Shown here piece after piece: positions 12,950 to 25,548 of a DNA stretch of 64,000 nt (the stretch's first letter is position 1; the number at the start of each line of letters is the position of its first letter). The translations under genes were made by a program, and so were the position numbers. The notes below the pieces were generated by a model. The model saw nothing but the letters and a program-made list of their open reading frames with translations, was not told where the DNA came from and searched no databases. The stretch lies in the NCBI RefSeq assembly GCF_963921235.1, contig NC_086108.1, positions 76,758,001 through 76,822,000 of the forward strand. Direction: 5' to 3'. The DNA is from Mobula hypostoma. Its lineage: Eukaryota.

Positions 12950-13579
12950 AGATTATGAAGACATGCAGTCCTCTTTTATTGTCATTTAGTAATGCATGCA
13001 TTAAGAAATGATACAATATTTCCTCTGGTGTGCTATCACAAAACACATAAGACTGAAAAAAGACTGAAAAAAAACTAACAAAACCACATAATTATAACAT
13101 ATAGTTACAACAGTGCAACAATACCATAGCTTGATGAAGAAGTCCATGAGCACAGTAAAAGTTCAAAGACTCTCAAATTGTTCACATCTCACGCAAACGG
13201 GAGGAGGAAGAAAATCTCTCCCTGCCATGCCGACCACAGTCCGACTCTGAGTCATCCAAAAGCTTCGAGCCTCCGATCAGCTCTTCAACACCGAGTACTG
13301 AGCGCCATCTCTATCTGAACGATTCGACCTCCATCTCAATCGCCAACAGCAGGCAAAGCCGGGGATTTTGAGGCCTTCCCTCCGAAAGGTTCCCGACTGC
13401 GCAGTAACGACAGCAGCGAACGGCGTTTCAGAAATTTTTCCAGATGTTCCTCTGTGCTTTCACATCTATCTCCATCAAATCAGAATTGTCCACGGCCCCT
13501 ATTTAATGGATACGATATCATTTTTCACCGGAGGGCTGCGCACGCGTGGCACGCTACTTCTCTCTCCTCCCGCCGAGAG
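12950..13579 (-). mobile_element. ~630-bp non-autonomous retroposon, copy 1 of 3
   Basis: Highly similar to 38050-38671 and related to 15016-15696. The minus-strand 3' end is AATAAAAGAGGACTGCATGTCTTCATAATCTAA. Possible TSD A(C/G)AAGGTTT at 12941-12949 and 13580-13588. Confidence 0.85.
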
Positions 13580-15015
13580 AGAAGGTTTTATAAAACAGTT
13601 GCTTTATTCTGTAGTTCTTTTGTAAGTTTTGAGTGGAAATATTATTTATATATGTTCTCCTGCTTGCATTAGTACTTTGAGCCCCTCACCAAACGATACT
13701 AGTAAAATTTTAGTCATTTTGGATGTGTGTAAATGAAATCTAAGGGCAAAAATATAATAATGTTGATTTTTTATTGACTTTGTATATACTCTTCCAATAG
13801 AGGTGAAAGTAAAGCAGTATTTTAGAGTTACTGCACTGCTGAATATTTCAGCAAATATATAAATGTTATAGACCATCACAAGTAGTTTGCAAACGGCATG
13901 ACCTACAAACTCCTGCAGGACTCAAAAGGTGTGGCTTTCTGCATGGTTCCTAATGGCAGCAATATTCTATCTCACTCAAAGCCCAGGTTTTGTGATAATA
14001 AGCAGGATTTAGAGAAGCTTTCCTCTGTCCACTTACTATTGTAATGTTCATAGAAGAAATCAGGTAGATTGCAGGGCATGGTGTTGAGGTTACGGAGTGT
14101 TTTGTCAGTACAAGTGCAGTGGAGGGATGGACGAAAAAGTGGGAAGTTAGTACTTAGGGGTCAAGCTGAGAGAATGAGCTCCGAGGAAAGATTTCTGGAA
14201 ACAATGTAGCTGGGAAGACAATCAGGGCTGGTTGAGAACCTGGTAGTCGGGCATGATCCGATGGTGGGAGAGGTGATCGATACTACTCGGTACATGGGCA
14301 TCTGGGAACATTTCTAAGCAGGACTGAGGCTGAGGGGGTGATTGGTGTTAATTAAATGATCAGGTTGAAGTCTGGTGATGGTGAGTGTCTTAGAAAGACT
14401 AAAACCAGGGTCAAGAACTGGGAGCTGGGGAGTACTGAAGAAGTGGAAAGTTCTAGCATCTGGTAATGGTTGAGTAAGTGATTTAGGGAAACTTATACAA
14501 TGCAGTGAACAGTATGAAACAGTTTTAAAACAGGACCTAACTGAAAGAGGATCAATCCCTCAGATTCAATGGCCAGGATCCGGGTAAAGCTGGAACCTCT
14601 TTATTAATGAAGAAGTAGGTTTTAGTTACGACCAGCTTATGAGTAAGTGGTACCACACTTCACAACCTTGGCTGCATGGATTAACTTGGAGCAAGTGACG
14701 TCAAAATATGCTTTGCTTGTCACTGTGCATGCTATAGACATGCCTGGAACACATTTAGCAAACTTTGCAACCCAGCTGCAGAGATTAAATATATTCACAT
14801 CGTGTGTAAAAGCAGGGAAAGTGCCTGGAAACAGAGCCCTGGTCACAGAAAAAAGTGCAGGATAAAGGCTCCCAGTGACTATAAAATAAGTGTGGGAAAC
14901 AGGCTCTGTAAGCTTAAATGAGCAGTTAGTTTAAACAAAGAGCAGAGAAATAAAAGTTTCTATAGGTTAGGTAAAGCTGGATGTAATCTAATAGTAATAA
15001 TACTTAAAATATATT

Positions 15016-15696
15016 AGATTAGATTAGATTATGAGGACATACAGTCCTCTTTTATTGTCATTTAGTAATGCATGCGTTAAGAAATGATACAATGTTCCTC
15101 CAGAAAGATATCACAGAAACACAAGACAAACCAAGACTAAAAAAACTGACAAAAACCACATAATTATAACATATAGTTACAACAATGCAAAGCAATACTG
15201 TAATTTGATGAAGAACAGACCATGGACACGGTAAAAAAAAGTCTCAAAATCTCTCGAAGGTCCCATCATCTCACACAGACGGTAGAAGGAAGAGAAACTC
15301 TCTTCCTGCCATGAGCTTCCAGCGCCGCAAACTTGCCGATGCAGCACCCTGGAAGCACCCGACCACAGCTGACTCTTGAGTCCGTCTGAAAACTTCAAGC
15401 CTCCAACCAACCCTCTGACACCAAGCACCATCTCTGCCGAGCGCTTCGACCCTGGCCCCAGCAACAGGCAATAGGCAAAGCCGAGGATCTGGGGCCTTCC
15501 CCCCCAGAGATTCTCGATCGCACAGTAGCAGCGGCAGCAAAGCAGGCATTTCAGAAGTTTCTCCAGATGTTCCTCCGTGCTTCTCACGTCTGTCTCCATC
15601 AAATCAGGATTGTGCATGGTACCTATTTAACAAATACGATATCATTTCAGAGCAGCTGCGCACGCTGTGTCGCGCCGCCATCTTCTTCTCCCCTCT
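15016..15696 (-). mobile_element. ~680-bp non-autonomous retroposon, copy 2 (sister subfamily)
   Basis: Same 3' end and (TCTAA)n tail as 12950-13579. The 5' end reads AGAGGGGAGAAGAAGATGGCGGCG. Inserted into the CR1 relic. Confidence 0.85.
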
Positions 15697-17821
15697 ATTT
15701 TCTATTAACAGAGACATGGTAAGTGGTTTGCACTTGCTGGCTGTTGTGGCAGCTCTGGGATGATCCTGTGTATTGGATAACCATAGATTCAGGGACTCTT
15801 GTTTGCTGGGGGAGCTCAGGCTCTGGGTTTTGGAAGCTGAGTAAAAACTGACATGACTACAGCCCATCATGTTACCTTATGATTCATGGACGTTACGTTT
15901 CAGGGGATAGTCACATCAAAGCTCAAGAGAGTGCAGGCTGAGTAGAGCTAGTTGATAGACAACGAGACAGAAAAAGAAGTGGGCAGGTAGTTCAGCATAG
16001 CCCAGAGAGCATCTTGTTCTTTAACCAGGCTCAATTCTGAGCACTGACTGGGGAGAGGTTCCCTTTGAGGGGACAGACAGATCCACAGCCAAAACCAAGT
16101 CTAGCACTCCTGCCTTCTTCATTGCACCAGCAAAGTATGAACTCCGGAAGCTCTGAGTAGCTGGACTCTTCAGGGAAGGAGTAGAAAGTAATAGCTAGAG
16201 GGAATTCTGCAGTTAGAGGAGCATACATGCATTTTTATGACTTTATGGGATGGTAGGTTGCGTCATTTTTGCTTGTGCTGAATTGTAAAGCCTCAGGAAA
16301 TCCTTACTGAGGACTATGAACAGTACAATCCATACCTGCAACACTCTCTTGAGCTTTGACCTGACTGCAACAGATTTTAGTGAGTTAAGGTATGGATTAG
16401 AAAACAAAATCTCAAAGATGGTAATCTCTGAATCACTCATTAGATATGCACCAGTGAGGATAGACCAGGAGGATGATACAGGGAAAAATGTGTCTATAGT
16501 GAGAGAGCAAGACAAAGGACTTTGGATTCCTAGGGGGATTGGCACCAGTTCTGGGAGAGATAGGACCTCTATAATACTGGATGGACTGCACCTTGAGAGA
16601 GCAGGGTCTTAGAGCTAGGCAGCGTCCTCTTGAGAAGGTTCTCTTGTCCTTTGGAGGGAGATTTAAAATAATCTGACAGGAAGGAAAGCAGAGGATGGAC
16701 AGCACTGAGCAGAGGTGCAAAAAGAATTGCACGGGACCAAGAAGTAGAAGGTTTTAGACAAAACTAGGCTAAGAGAGATTACAAATTGTGTAGAATAGGT
16801 TCACTGTGCATATACTTAAAGGTAAGATACCACAACACAAATACAACTAAACTCACGGAATTATGACGTCAATACAGTAACAAAGATATAGCTAAAAAGG
16901 ACAGGAACGGACATTAAGTTTCCATATACAAGGTTTCCTGAAAAGAGCAAGAATAGAAAGGAAGGAGTTGCAGTACCAGTATTGATTAAGAAGAATATTT
17001 ATGTGCTGGAAGGAGATTGTTCTGGAATTTATCCGTTTTGACTTAAGAAATATCAGAAGTGTGATACACTGCCTGGATTGTTTTATTAGGCACCAAGGAT
17101 AATGAACTAATTTGTGGAGAAATAACAGAGATGTGCAAAAGCCATAGAATAGTGATAAAGGAGGCTTTCATTATGCAAGTATAGACTGGGGTAGAAACAA
17201 ATAAGGTCTAAAAAGGATGGTAAGTTTCTGTATTTAGCAGAACTTTTTTGATTAATATGTTTCAGATGCAACAAAAAAGAAGTAGCATTATCTGACTTGG
17301 TTCTGGAAAATAAGATGACTCAAATGAGGCAGGTAGCAATGGGGAGCACCTAGGAAACAGCAATCAGAATAACACATAGTTAAGGAAAAACCACAATGTA
17401 AAAATATCCATTTACCAGTCTCAATGAGATAAGAGCAGATTTAATTCAGGTGAAAATCCAAGTTTGGCAGGCAAACGTTACTTAAACAATCAGAAGCTTT
17501 TTAGGTGGAGATATAGTATGTCAACCCCAGTTTAGGTTTATTCCCATGAGGGAAAAAGAGTTGGGAAATGAAAGGCAGAGCTTCATGGATGATCAAAAAT
17601 ATAGAGTGTGAAATGGATTTAAAGAAAGAGCTTAACAATAAGAACAAAGCTGATTATCAAAAGTTCAGGGAAGAAATCGCGAAGTAAGTCAACAGCATCA
17701 GCAAAGGCAGGCAGCAAATGAAAATGGGAAGGCAAGAAATAATTCTACAGACATGTGAACAAGTGAAGGACTGGAAGAGGAGAAATTGGTCAATCAGAGA
17801 TCTAAGAAAGTTTGCAAAGAT

Positions 17822-18601
17822 CTAAACCTTTAACAAGCTTCTATAGATATGTAGTGGAGAGTATATTGACTGCAAACAAGAGAAAATCTGCATTTTTTCA
17901 TCTTTTTTCCAGTACTGATGAGGGGGTCTCAGCCCAAAACATTGACTGTACTCTTTTCCATAGATGCTGAGTTCCTCCAGAATTTTGAGTATATTGACTG
18001 GTTGCATCATGACCTTGTGTGGAAACACTAATCCCCTTGTATGGAAAAGCCTAAAGTAGTGGATGTGGCCCAATCCATCACGGGTAAAGCCCTCCTTACC
18101 AATGAGCACATCTACACGGAGTGATGTTGCAGGAAAGTAGCATCCATCATCAAGGACCCCCACCATCCAGGCCATGTTTTTTTCTTGCTGCTGCCGTCAG
18201 GCAGAACATACAGGGGCCTCAGGACCCACACTGTCAGGTTCAAGAATAGTTATTACCCCTCAACCATCAGGCTCTTGAATCAGAAGAGATAACTTCACTC
18301 ACCCCATCACTGAAGTGTTCCCATAATCAACGAGCTCACTTTCAAGGAACCTTCATTTCATGTTCTTGATATTTATTGCTTATTTATTTCTTCTTCTTAT
18401 TTTTTCGTCTGTTTGTTTTTGTATTTGTGCAGTTTGTTGTGTTTTTGGGCATTGGTTCTTTGTCCTTCCTGATGGGTGTGGTCTTTCATTGATTCTATTG
18501 TGTTTCTTGTATTTACTGTGAATGCCTGCAAGAAAATGATTCTCAGGCGTGTATATGGTGACATATATGCACTTTGATAATAATTTACTTTTGAACTTTG
18601 A
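17822..18601 (+). mobile_element. Rex1/Babar-like LINE 3' fragment
   Basis: Encodes FYRYVVESILTGCI...ASIIKDPHHPGHVFF, the Rex1 RT C-terminal region. Tail AATAATTTACTTTTGAACTTTGA. Confidence 0.85.
17873..17986. mobile_element. Penelope-like fragment with inversion and perfect 14-bp TSD
   Basis: TSD GAGTATATTGACTG at 17859-17872 and 17987-18000. A 20-nt antisense 3' terminus is joined to a sense arm containing CTGATGAGGGGGTCTCAGCCCAAAAC. Confidence 0.85.
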
Positions 18602-20229
18602 TCTTTTCTGCCTAAAATAACTTGGATTTAACAGTGCAGGGCATAATTTACAAATTCACTAAACTTGGAGTTATAGAGAATTGTGAAGAGGAAGGTGATA
18701 GACTTCAAGCAGATATATAGACAGGCTGGTAGAAAAGGCAGATGCCTGGCTTGATGAAATTTAATGCTGATGTAAATGTATGGTTCATTAAAAGTGGCAG
18801 GCCGGGTTGAGAAATGGGTTGAAAAAAAAACATGAAGGAATTCTCAGTTTTGTAAACAAAGGTTCAGAGCCTAAGAGCAAGGAAGTAATGATGAATCCTT
18901 ACCTAGCCACAGCTGCAGTTTTATGTCTAATTCTGGTCATCACACTTTATAAAAATGACCAGATTTAGACATAATTCTAATTATGTTTAATTCTGGAAAG
19001 GATTATCATGGTAATTCTGAGGGTGAGTAACAGTCTTATGCGGATAGGTTGGTGAAGCTAAGTTATTCCCTTAGAAATAGAGAGGGTTGAGAGAAGATAA
19101 TCACGACAGTGTGAACAGAGTAACTAGAGCAAAAATATACCATTTGGGGAAAGGGTCAGGAACTAAGGTAAGATAACAAAAAAGGACATGACGAAAAATA
19201 TTGTCTTGAGTAGTTATCACCTGTCAAGTGTAGACAAGAAAACAGAATCTGATTATGCAGGGTGGACTGTGGAACTAGCTGGTGCAAATTAGACAACAGC
19301 AATGTAACCATTCTGTGATTCTGTGAATAGCAAGGCAAGAGAAAAGAGTTTTCACAGAGTTCAAAGTAAATTCCAGTGTCAAAGTACATGTATGTCACCA
19401 TATACAACCCTGAGATTCACTTTCTTGTTGGCATACCTTATAAATTGATGGAATATTAACCATAATAGAATCAATGAAAGACCGCCCAACTGGGGTACGC
19501 AACCAGGGTGCAGAAGGCAGTAAACTGTGCAAATGCAAAAAGGAGAGACAATAATAATAAATAAGCAATAATATCGAGAACATGAAGAGAAGAGTCCTTA
19601 AAAGTGAGTCCATTAGTTGTGGGAACAGTTCAATGACGGGTCCAGTTATCCCCTTTGGGTCAAGAGCCTAATGATTGAGAGGTAGTAATTGTTCTTGAAC
19701 CTGGTGGTGTGAGTCCTGAGGCTCCTGATGGCAGTGCTGGGGAAAATGCACATTCTGGTGGTGAGTGTCCTTGATGATGGATGCTGCTTTCCTGTGACAG
19801 TGTTTCATGTAGATGTGCTCAGTGGTTGGGAGGGCTTTACCCATGATGGACTGAACCGTATCCACTACCTTTTGTAGGATTTTCCTTTCAAGGGTATTGA
19901 GCTTCCATACCAGGCTGTGATGCAGCCAGTCAGTATACTCTCCACCACACATCTAAAGAAATTTGTGGAAGTTTTACAAACCATCATGGCTGATCCCAGA
20001 TCCCACTCAACCCATACTCCTGTCTTTTCGCCATAACCTTTGATGCCCTAACTAATCAGGAAACTATCAATTTTCACTTTACAGTTGTCTGTGGCACAGC
20101 ATTCCACAGATTCACTATTCTCTGGCTAAAATAGTTCCTCCTTACCTCTGTTCTAAAGGGTCACCCCTTAATTTCTTCTCTGGGTCATATCTATCCTGTG
20201 TCTTGTGAACTATTTCTAGAAACCTCAGT

Positions 20230-20999
20230 CACCTCTGCTCTGCTGTCATCCCCACCAGTATCCCCCTCCATCTGGGCATGCTCCTCTTTCATGCCTCCAA
20301 ATTCCCTTTATTCCATTGTGATAGTGAGACTTGTGTTTCTCTCTCTCAAATTGCAGTATGCATTCAATCATATTACGATCACTGTGTTCTAAGGGTTCCT
20401 TTATCTTAAGCTCCCCAACAAAATCTAGATTATTACACAATACCTGAGCTAAGATAGCCTTTACCTTAGTAGGCTCAAGCACAAGCTGCTTTAAAAAGCC
20501 ATCTTATAGGCATTCAACAAATTCCCTCTCTTGCCATCCGATAGCAACCTGATTTTCCCAATCTCCTCGCAGATTGAAGTCCCCCATTACACTTCTAACA
20601 TTACCCTTATTACATGCCCTCTCCAGCTCCCTTTGCAATCTCAACCCTACATCTTGATTACTATTTGGAGGCCTATATATGATTCCCATAATGGCTTTTA
20701 TTACCCTTGCAGTTTCTTAACTCCACCCACAAAGATTTAACATTCTCTGGCCCTATGTCACCTCTTTCTAATTCCATCTCTTATCAACAGAGCCACACCA
20801 CCACCTCTGCCTACCTGCCTGTCCTTTTGATACAAAGTAGATCCTTGATATTAAGCTCCCAACTATGACCTTCTTTCAGCCATGACTCAGTGATGCCTAC
20901 AACGTCATACCAACCAATCTCTAATTGCGCCTGGAGTTCCTCTACCTTATTCCAAATACTATGTGCATTTAAATACAGAGCCTTCAGTCCTGCAATCAT
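20230..20999 (-). pseudogene. CR1 ORF2 apurinic-like endonuclease domain, frameshifted
   Basis: LKALYLNAHSIWNK...YDVVGITESWL; IYRPPN...VMGDFN; EPLEHSDRNMI. Confidence 0.9.
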
Positions 21000-21149
21000 T
21001 GCCCTTTTGAATTTTTACAATTGAATTCTTTGCCCTGTCTGCATTTGCTCCCAGTCTTTGGCTTGCCCTTCCTTACATTCAGATTGTACCCATCATCTAC
21101 TTGTAAATCTCCTGGCTCATCCTACTGGTTTCCACCCCCCTGCCATATT

Positions 21150-22069
21150 AGTTTAAATCACTCCCAACAGCTCTAGCAAACTGGCCTGCAAGGATATTGG
21201 TCCCTCTCGGATACAAGTATAATCTGCCCCTTTTGTACAGGTCCCATCTGCCTCAGAAGAGCTCCCAATGATCCAGAAATCCGAGTCCCTGCTCCCTGCT
21301 CCAGTTCTTCAATGACACATTTATCTACTACTTCATTCTATTCCTATCCTCACTGTTGCGTGGCACAGGCAGCAATCATGGGATTACTACCCTTGTGGCC
21401 TGCTTCTCAACTTCCTTCCTAACTCCCTGTATTCTGTTTTCAGGACCGCTCCCTTTTTCTACCTAAGTCGTTGGTGCCAATATGTCCCACGATTTCTGGC
21501 TGCTCACCCTCCCTTTCCAGGATGTTGTGGACACGTTCAGAAACATCGCAGACCCTGGCACCTAGGAGGCAAACTGCCATCTGTGTTTCTTTTTCATGTC
21601 CACAGAATCGCCTATCTGTCCACCTAACTATAGAGTCCCCTATTACTGCTGCCCTCCTCTTCAGTTCCCTTATCTTCTGAGCCACAGGACCAGACTCAGT
21701 GCCAGAGGCATGGCTGCTGTTGCTTCCTCCAGGTAAGTCCCCGCTCCCAACAGTACTCAAAATGGAGTACTTACTGTTGAGGAGGATGGCTACAGGGGTA
21801 CTCTCCACTATCTGGTGTTTTCTCTTCCCTCTCTGGACAGTCACCCATTTATCTGTCTCCTGTAGCCTCCCTGTAGCTCCCGTCTGTCACCCCCTCACTT
21901 TCCCTAACAAGCCAAAGGTCAGCGAGCTGCAGCTCCAGTTCTCTAATATGGTCTCTGAGTAGCTGCATCTCGATCCACCCCTGGTGCAGATGTGGCCATC
22001 GAGGAGGCTGGAAGTCTTCTGGAAATCCCACATTTGACACCCAGAAGAGAACACTGGATCTGCAGACAT
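21150..22069 (-). pseudogene. CR1 ORF1 (zinc finger/leucine zipper plus SGNH esterase), frameshifted
   Basis: CQMW...HICTR; LLRDHIRELELQL; AVIGDSIVR.TDRRFCG...CLLGARV.DV...HIGTND. Confidence 0.9.
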
Positions 22070-22196
22070 ACCCTATTCTTCCAAGAGTTAAATAAGAAAA
22101 ATAAATAAGAAATCAACTTACCTCACCTCCACCTATAGAGCCAAAGCCTTACCACTGACTCAGACCACTCCACTAGACAGTACCTCTCTTTTATGG

Positions 22197-22397
22197 AGAC
22201 TGGGTTTTTCAAGCTCCGCTCTGGACCTGCGCAGGAATGCTTCTACTGCATCTGCGCCGCTGTACAGTCAAAGACTCCGCTGAAGACTGGCAGTTTTTTC
22301 AAGTTCCGCTCCGGACCTGCACGGGAACATTTCTACTGCCTCTAAGCTGCTGTCCAATCAATGACTCCCTCTGAAAACTGGCTGTTCTTCGAGCTCC
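22197..22397. repeat. Tandem repeat, 90-bp period, ~2.2 units, in the CR1 5' UTR
   Basis: AAGCTCC at 22211, AAGTTCC at 22301 and GAGCTCC at 22391, with colinear units. Confidence 0.85.
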
Positions 22398-23899
22398 GAA
22401 TCTCCACAATATCCTAAGGAAATAGAGGTGCTGTTGTGCTTCCTTTGTAATTGCACTTGCATGCTGGGCCCAGGACAGCTCTTCTGGAATAATAACACCT
22501 AGGAATTTAAAGTTGCTAGCCCTCTCCACATCTCTGATGAGGACTGGCTCATGGATCTCTGTTTTCCTTCTCTTGAAGTCTATAATCAGTTCCTTGGAGA
22601 TCATGGAGAAGATGTTATTGACAATCCAAACTGACTGGGTCTGCGAATGAGGAAATCCAGGATCCAATTGCACGAGAAGGTATTGAGGCCAAGGTCTTGG
22701 AGCTTATTGAATACCTTTGAGGGAATGATGGTATTGAATGCTGAGCTGTAGTTGATAAAGAACATCCTGATGTTTGCATCTTTGCTGTCCAGATGTTCCA
22801 GGGTTGAGTGAAGAGTCAGTGAGATGGCATCTGCTATGGACCTGTTGCTCTGCTAGGCAAATTCGAGTTGATCTAAGTTGCCTCTCAAGCAGGAGTTGAT
22901 CTGTTTCATCAGCAGTCTCTCAACACACCTAATCACTGTGGATATAAATGCTACTGAGTGATAGCCGTTGAAGCAGGTCACCCCACTCTTCTTGGGCACT
23001 AGTGTAATTGAAGCCTGCTTGAAGCAGGTGGATACCGCACACTGCCAAAGTGAGAGGTTAAAGATTATTGATAACTCTTAATTGTTGATAACTAACTATG
23101 GCTGAATCATCTCAAATGCCTGTCATCAATCAAAACATATTGTTATTGTGTCTAGCAGTAATGTGTTGACAAAAAGAAAGAAAGGTATACGTTTATTTTT
23201 ATGTTAAGTAGCAGTGAGACTTTAGATCACTTGAATGGTGGGTGGGTTGAATTTAAATATGTTTGAAATGCATTTTGACTTCTGTACTTTTTAAATCTGC
23301 TTTGACTTCAAATGACATGCAGTGACTCAATCAGATGAGTACAGCTACAGATATTGTTCAGTACAGCTGCTGCAGTTTTTCCCAGCTCAAGACAAGCTGT
23401 TTAAAATGAGACTGGATCTTAGTAACTTAGTCACAGGTGGTCTTAAATCTAGGTGTTCACTGCAAAATATCATCAACAAAAGAGTGGCCATGTTGGGTGC
23501 ATTTAAATATATGGTGGATATGGTATACACAGGAATGAAACAGTGGAATTAACGATCGATTTTGCCACTTAAAGTTGAGATACAGATTCGTAGGCTGACA
23601 ACACAATTTTAATGTTTACTGGGAACTGTAAATGAAGTGTGCCATTATGGAGTGAACTGAACTCCAATATGGTGTACTACATGCTATCAAGAGACTGCAA
23701 TCATTCTCACATATTGATAACCCACCTCCAGTAAACTCTTATGGAATGACAGGAAGATCTCAGCACTGGATATGTCTATCATATACTCACTAGCTTTCTT
23801 GTGCTGTTGTCTTGCAAATTTTCTTCTCCATTTATCCTGCCCTACTTTGAAGGTCACAATGGAACCAACACAGCTGCAGGTAGTCAGGCTCCAGGCTGC

Positions 23900-24260
23900 A
23901 TAAAAAAAAAGCAGCCTTGTCAGTCTTAATTCTCTTCCTTTTTAAAGAATATCTGTGACCTCTGGTCCTTGAACCCTCCACCAATAAGAGCAGCCTCCCA
24001 CTAACCACTCCATTCAGACGCCTCATCATTTTATATACTTAGATCAGATCTGTCTTCAGCATTCTTTTCTCCAAAGAAAATAAGTCCACCCTTTCTATTC
24101 TGTCCAAATAGTTGCAGTCTGTCATCCTAGGAGCCATATTAGTTCATCCTTTGCTGTCCATCCCCAAGGCTTCTGATTAGAATTGAACATAATATGGTCA
24201 GAGGCATTGAATGGGAAATCATGGAGCATCTTTGGGTTGTAAAAACCTCCTGATAAGTAG
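23900..24260 (-). mobile_element. Old CR1 RT C-terminal fragment
   Basis: GSRTRGHRYSLK motif in ORF 23832-24029. Confidence 0.6.
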
Positions 24261-24879
24261 AACGTATTTTTCCTTGTATTCTGGAAAAGCAGGAGAATTG
24301 GTGCAAGTAGAAGCAGAAGAGATCTGGAGTGGGTTGCATCTCTGATCTCCCTGCCATAGTTAATTCTCAAAACAGGGAATGGGAAGTGAAAACTGCTTTG
24401 AAAATGAGAATGCCATTCCCTCAGGTGAATCGAAGGTATTCTTGACATTATAGAATGAATGACATGTTTACTTATTTCTTATTCAATAGAAAGTCTTTTG
24501 TTTTTGATTTTTTTCAATGGAAAAGTCACCATTTCGTGCATCAAATCACAAAGGTACACTGGTGCATTACAGGACCCTAGTGACTCTATCAGTTATTAAT
24601 TATTATTTAGGAGGGTGAAATAAGACTTAAACACATGAAACAAGCAAATCTCAAAAGGTTATTTATTGCACAAACTGTTAAATGTTTCAAGTACATCAGG
24701 AAAATCACCATGGTCAAAAAAGTGTGGAAAAAGAGTAGTCAAACTACAGGTAGTGAATAGAGTGATAAACTATGACCTGTAACAAAGCTCGGTGGCATGG
24801 CTCTTTGGCTAATCTATTTTATATTAATAAGTTTAACATAACTCCAGAATGTGAGGTACTGATAATTTTGTTATTTCTG

Positions 24880-25180
24880 GGTAATGCAATTTCCAATTAA
24901 CTGCCCTTGAACTGGCTAATTTGGTGGGCATTTTAAAGTCAATACAAGTGGGTCTTGATTCACATATTGGTCACACTGGCTATGGATAGTAGTTATCTTT
25001 CCAAAGTGGACATTAGTGAATTAGACGGAGTTTTACAATATCATTTCATGTTCAGCATTTTGAGTATTAGATTTTAATTCCAGATATATTTACTTTGATT
25101 TGAATTCCTCAGCTGTTGTGGGGCGATTCAAACAAACCTCTACATTGATACTGTAAGGCACTAATCTAATAAGGTAACCA
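24880..25180 (-). mobile_element. Old tRNA-derived SINE
   Basis: GGACATTAGTGAA...TTCCAGAT...TTGAATTCCTCAGCTGTTGTGGGGCGATTCAAAC, with a B-box-like element on the minus strand, resembles an elasmobranch SINE. Recognised from memory only. Confidence 0.45.
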
Positions 25181-25186
25181 TACTTC

Positions 25187-25548
25187 CATTGACCCATCCA
25201 GCCAACACACTCTTTGTCCCTCTTCCCTCCGGGAGAAAGCTCAGGAGCTTGAAGACTCGTACGGCCAGATCTGGGAACAGCTTCCCTCCAACTGTGATAA
25301 GACTGCTGAACGGATCCTGACCCGGATCTGGGTCGTACCCTCCAAATATCCGATCCTGCCTCTCGGTTTTTTTGCACTACCTTACTTTACATTTTTTTAT
25401 TTTCTGTTTATGATTTATAATTTAAATTTTATATACTTACTATCTTTTTTACTATTTTTAATATTTTTAATATTTAATATTTGTAAACCAGGGAGTGGAA
25501 AGCACAGAATCAAATATCGCTGTGATGATTGTACTTTCTAGTATCAAG
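25187..25548 (+). mobile_element. Rex1/Babar-like LINE 3' fragment
   Basis: Translates as TLFVPLPSGRKLRSLKTRTARSGNSFPPTVIRLLNGS*. The 3' UTR is shared with 4826-5122. Confidence 0.85.

Larger units (their letters stand above)
14600..19325 (+). mobile_element. Old, internally deleted CR1 LINE (5' UTR, ORF1 esterase, APE, RT C-terminus) hosting nested insertions
   Basis: Decayed motifs appear in the expected order: VIARGNSAVRG (GDS.VRG, ~16190), DGLHL (~16580), DLVL.N and GEHLGNS (~17290-17360), RLQAD...MKFNAD (~18700-18770), then a CR1-like tail at ~19310. The 5' boundary is approximate. Confidence 0.7.
19980..22397 (-). mobile_element. CR1 LINE with 5' UTR, ORF1 and APE but most of the RT deleted
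   Basis: ORF1 and APE motifs (next two features) lie almost directly next to CR1 3'-end sequence at 19980-20175. Confidence 0.85.
19357..23070 (-). mobile_element. Rex1/Babar-like LINE (RT to tail), split by a CR1 insertion
   Basis: KELIIDF...FKFLGVII.EELSW.QH...AQQHLYFLR (22400-22600) continues as ERKILQKVVDT...KAASIIKDTHH (19668-19952). The tail is at ~19357. Confidence 0.85.
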
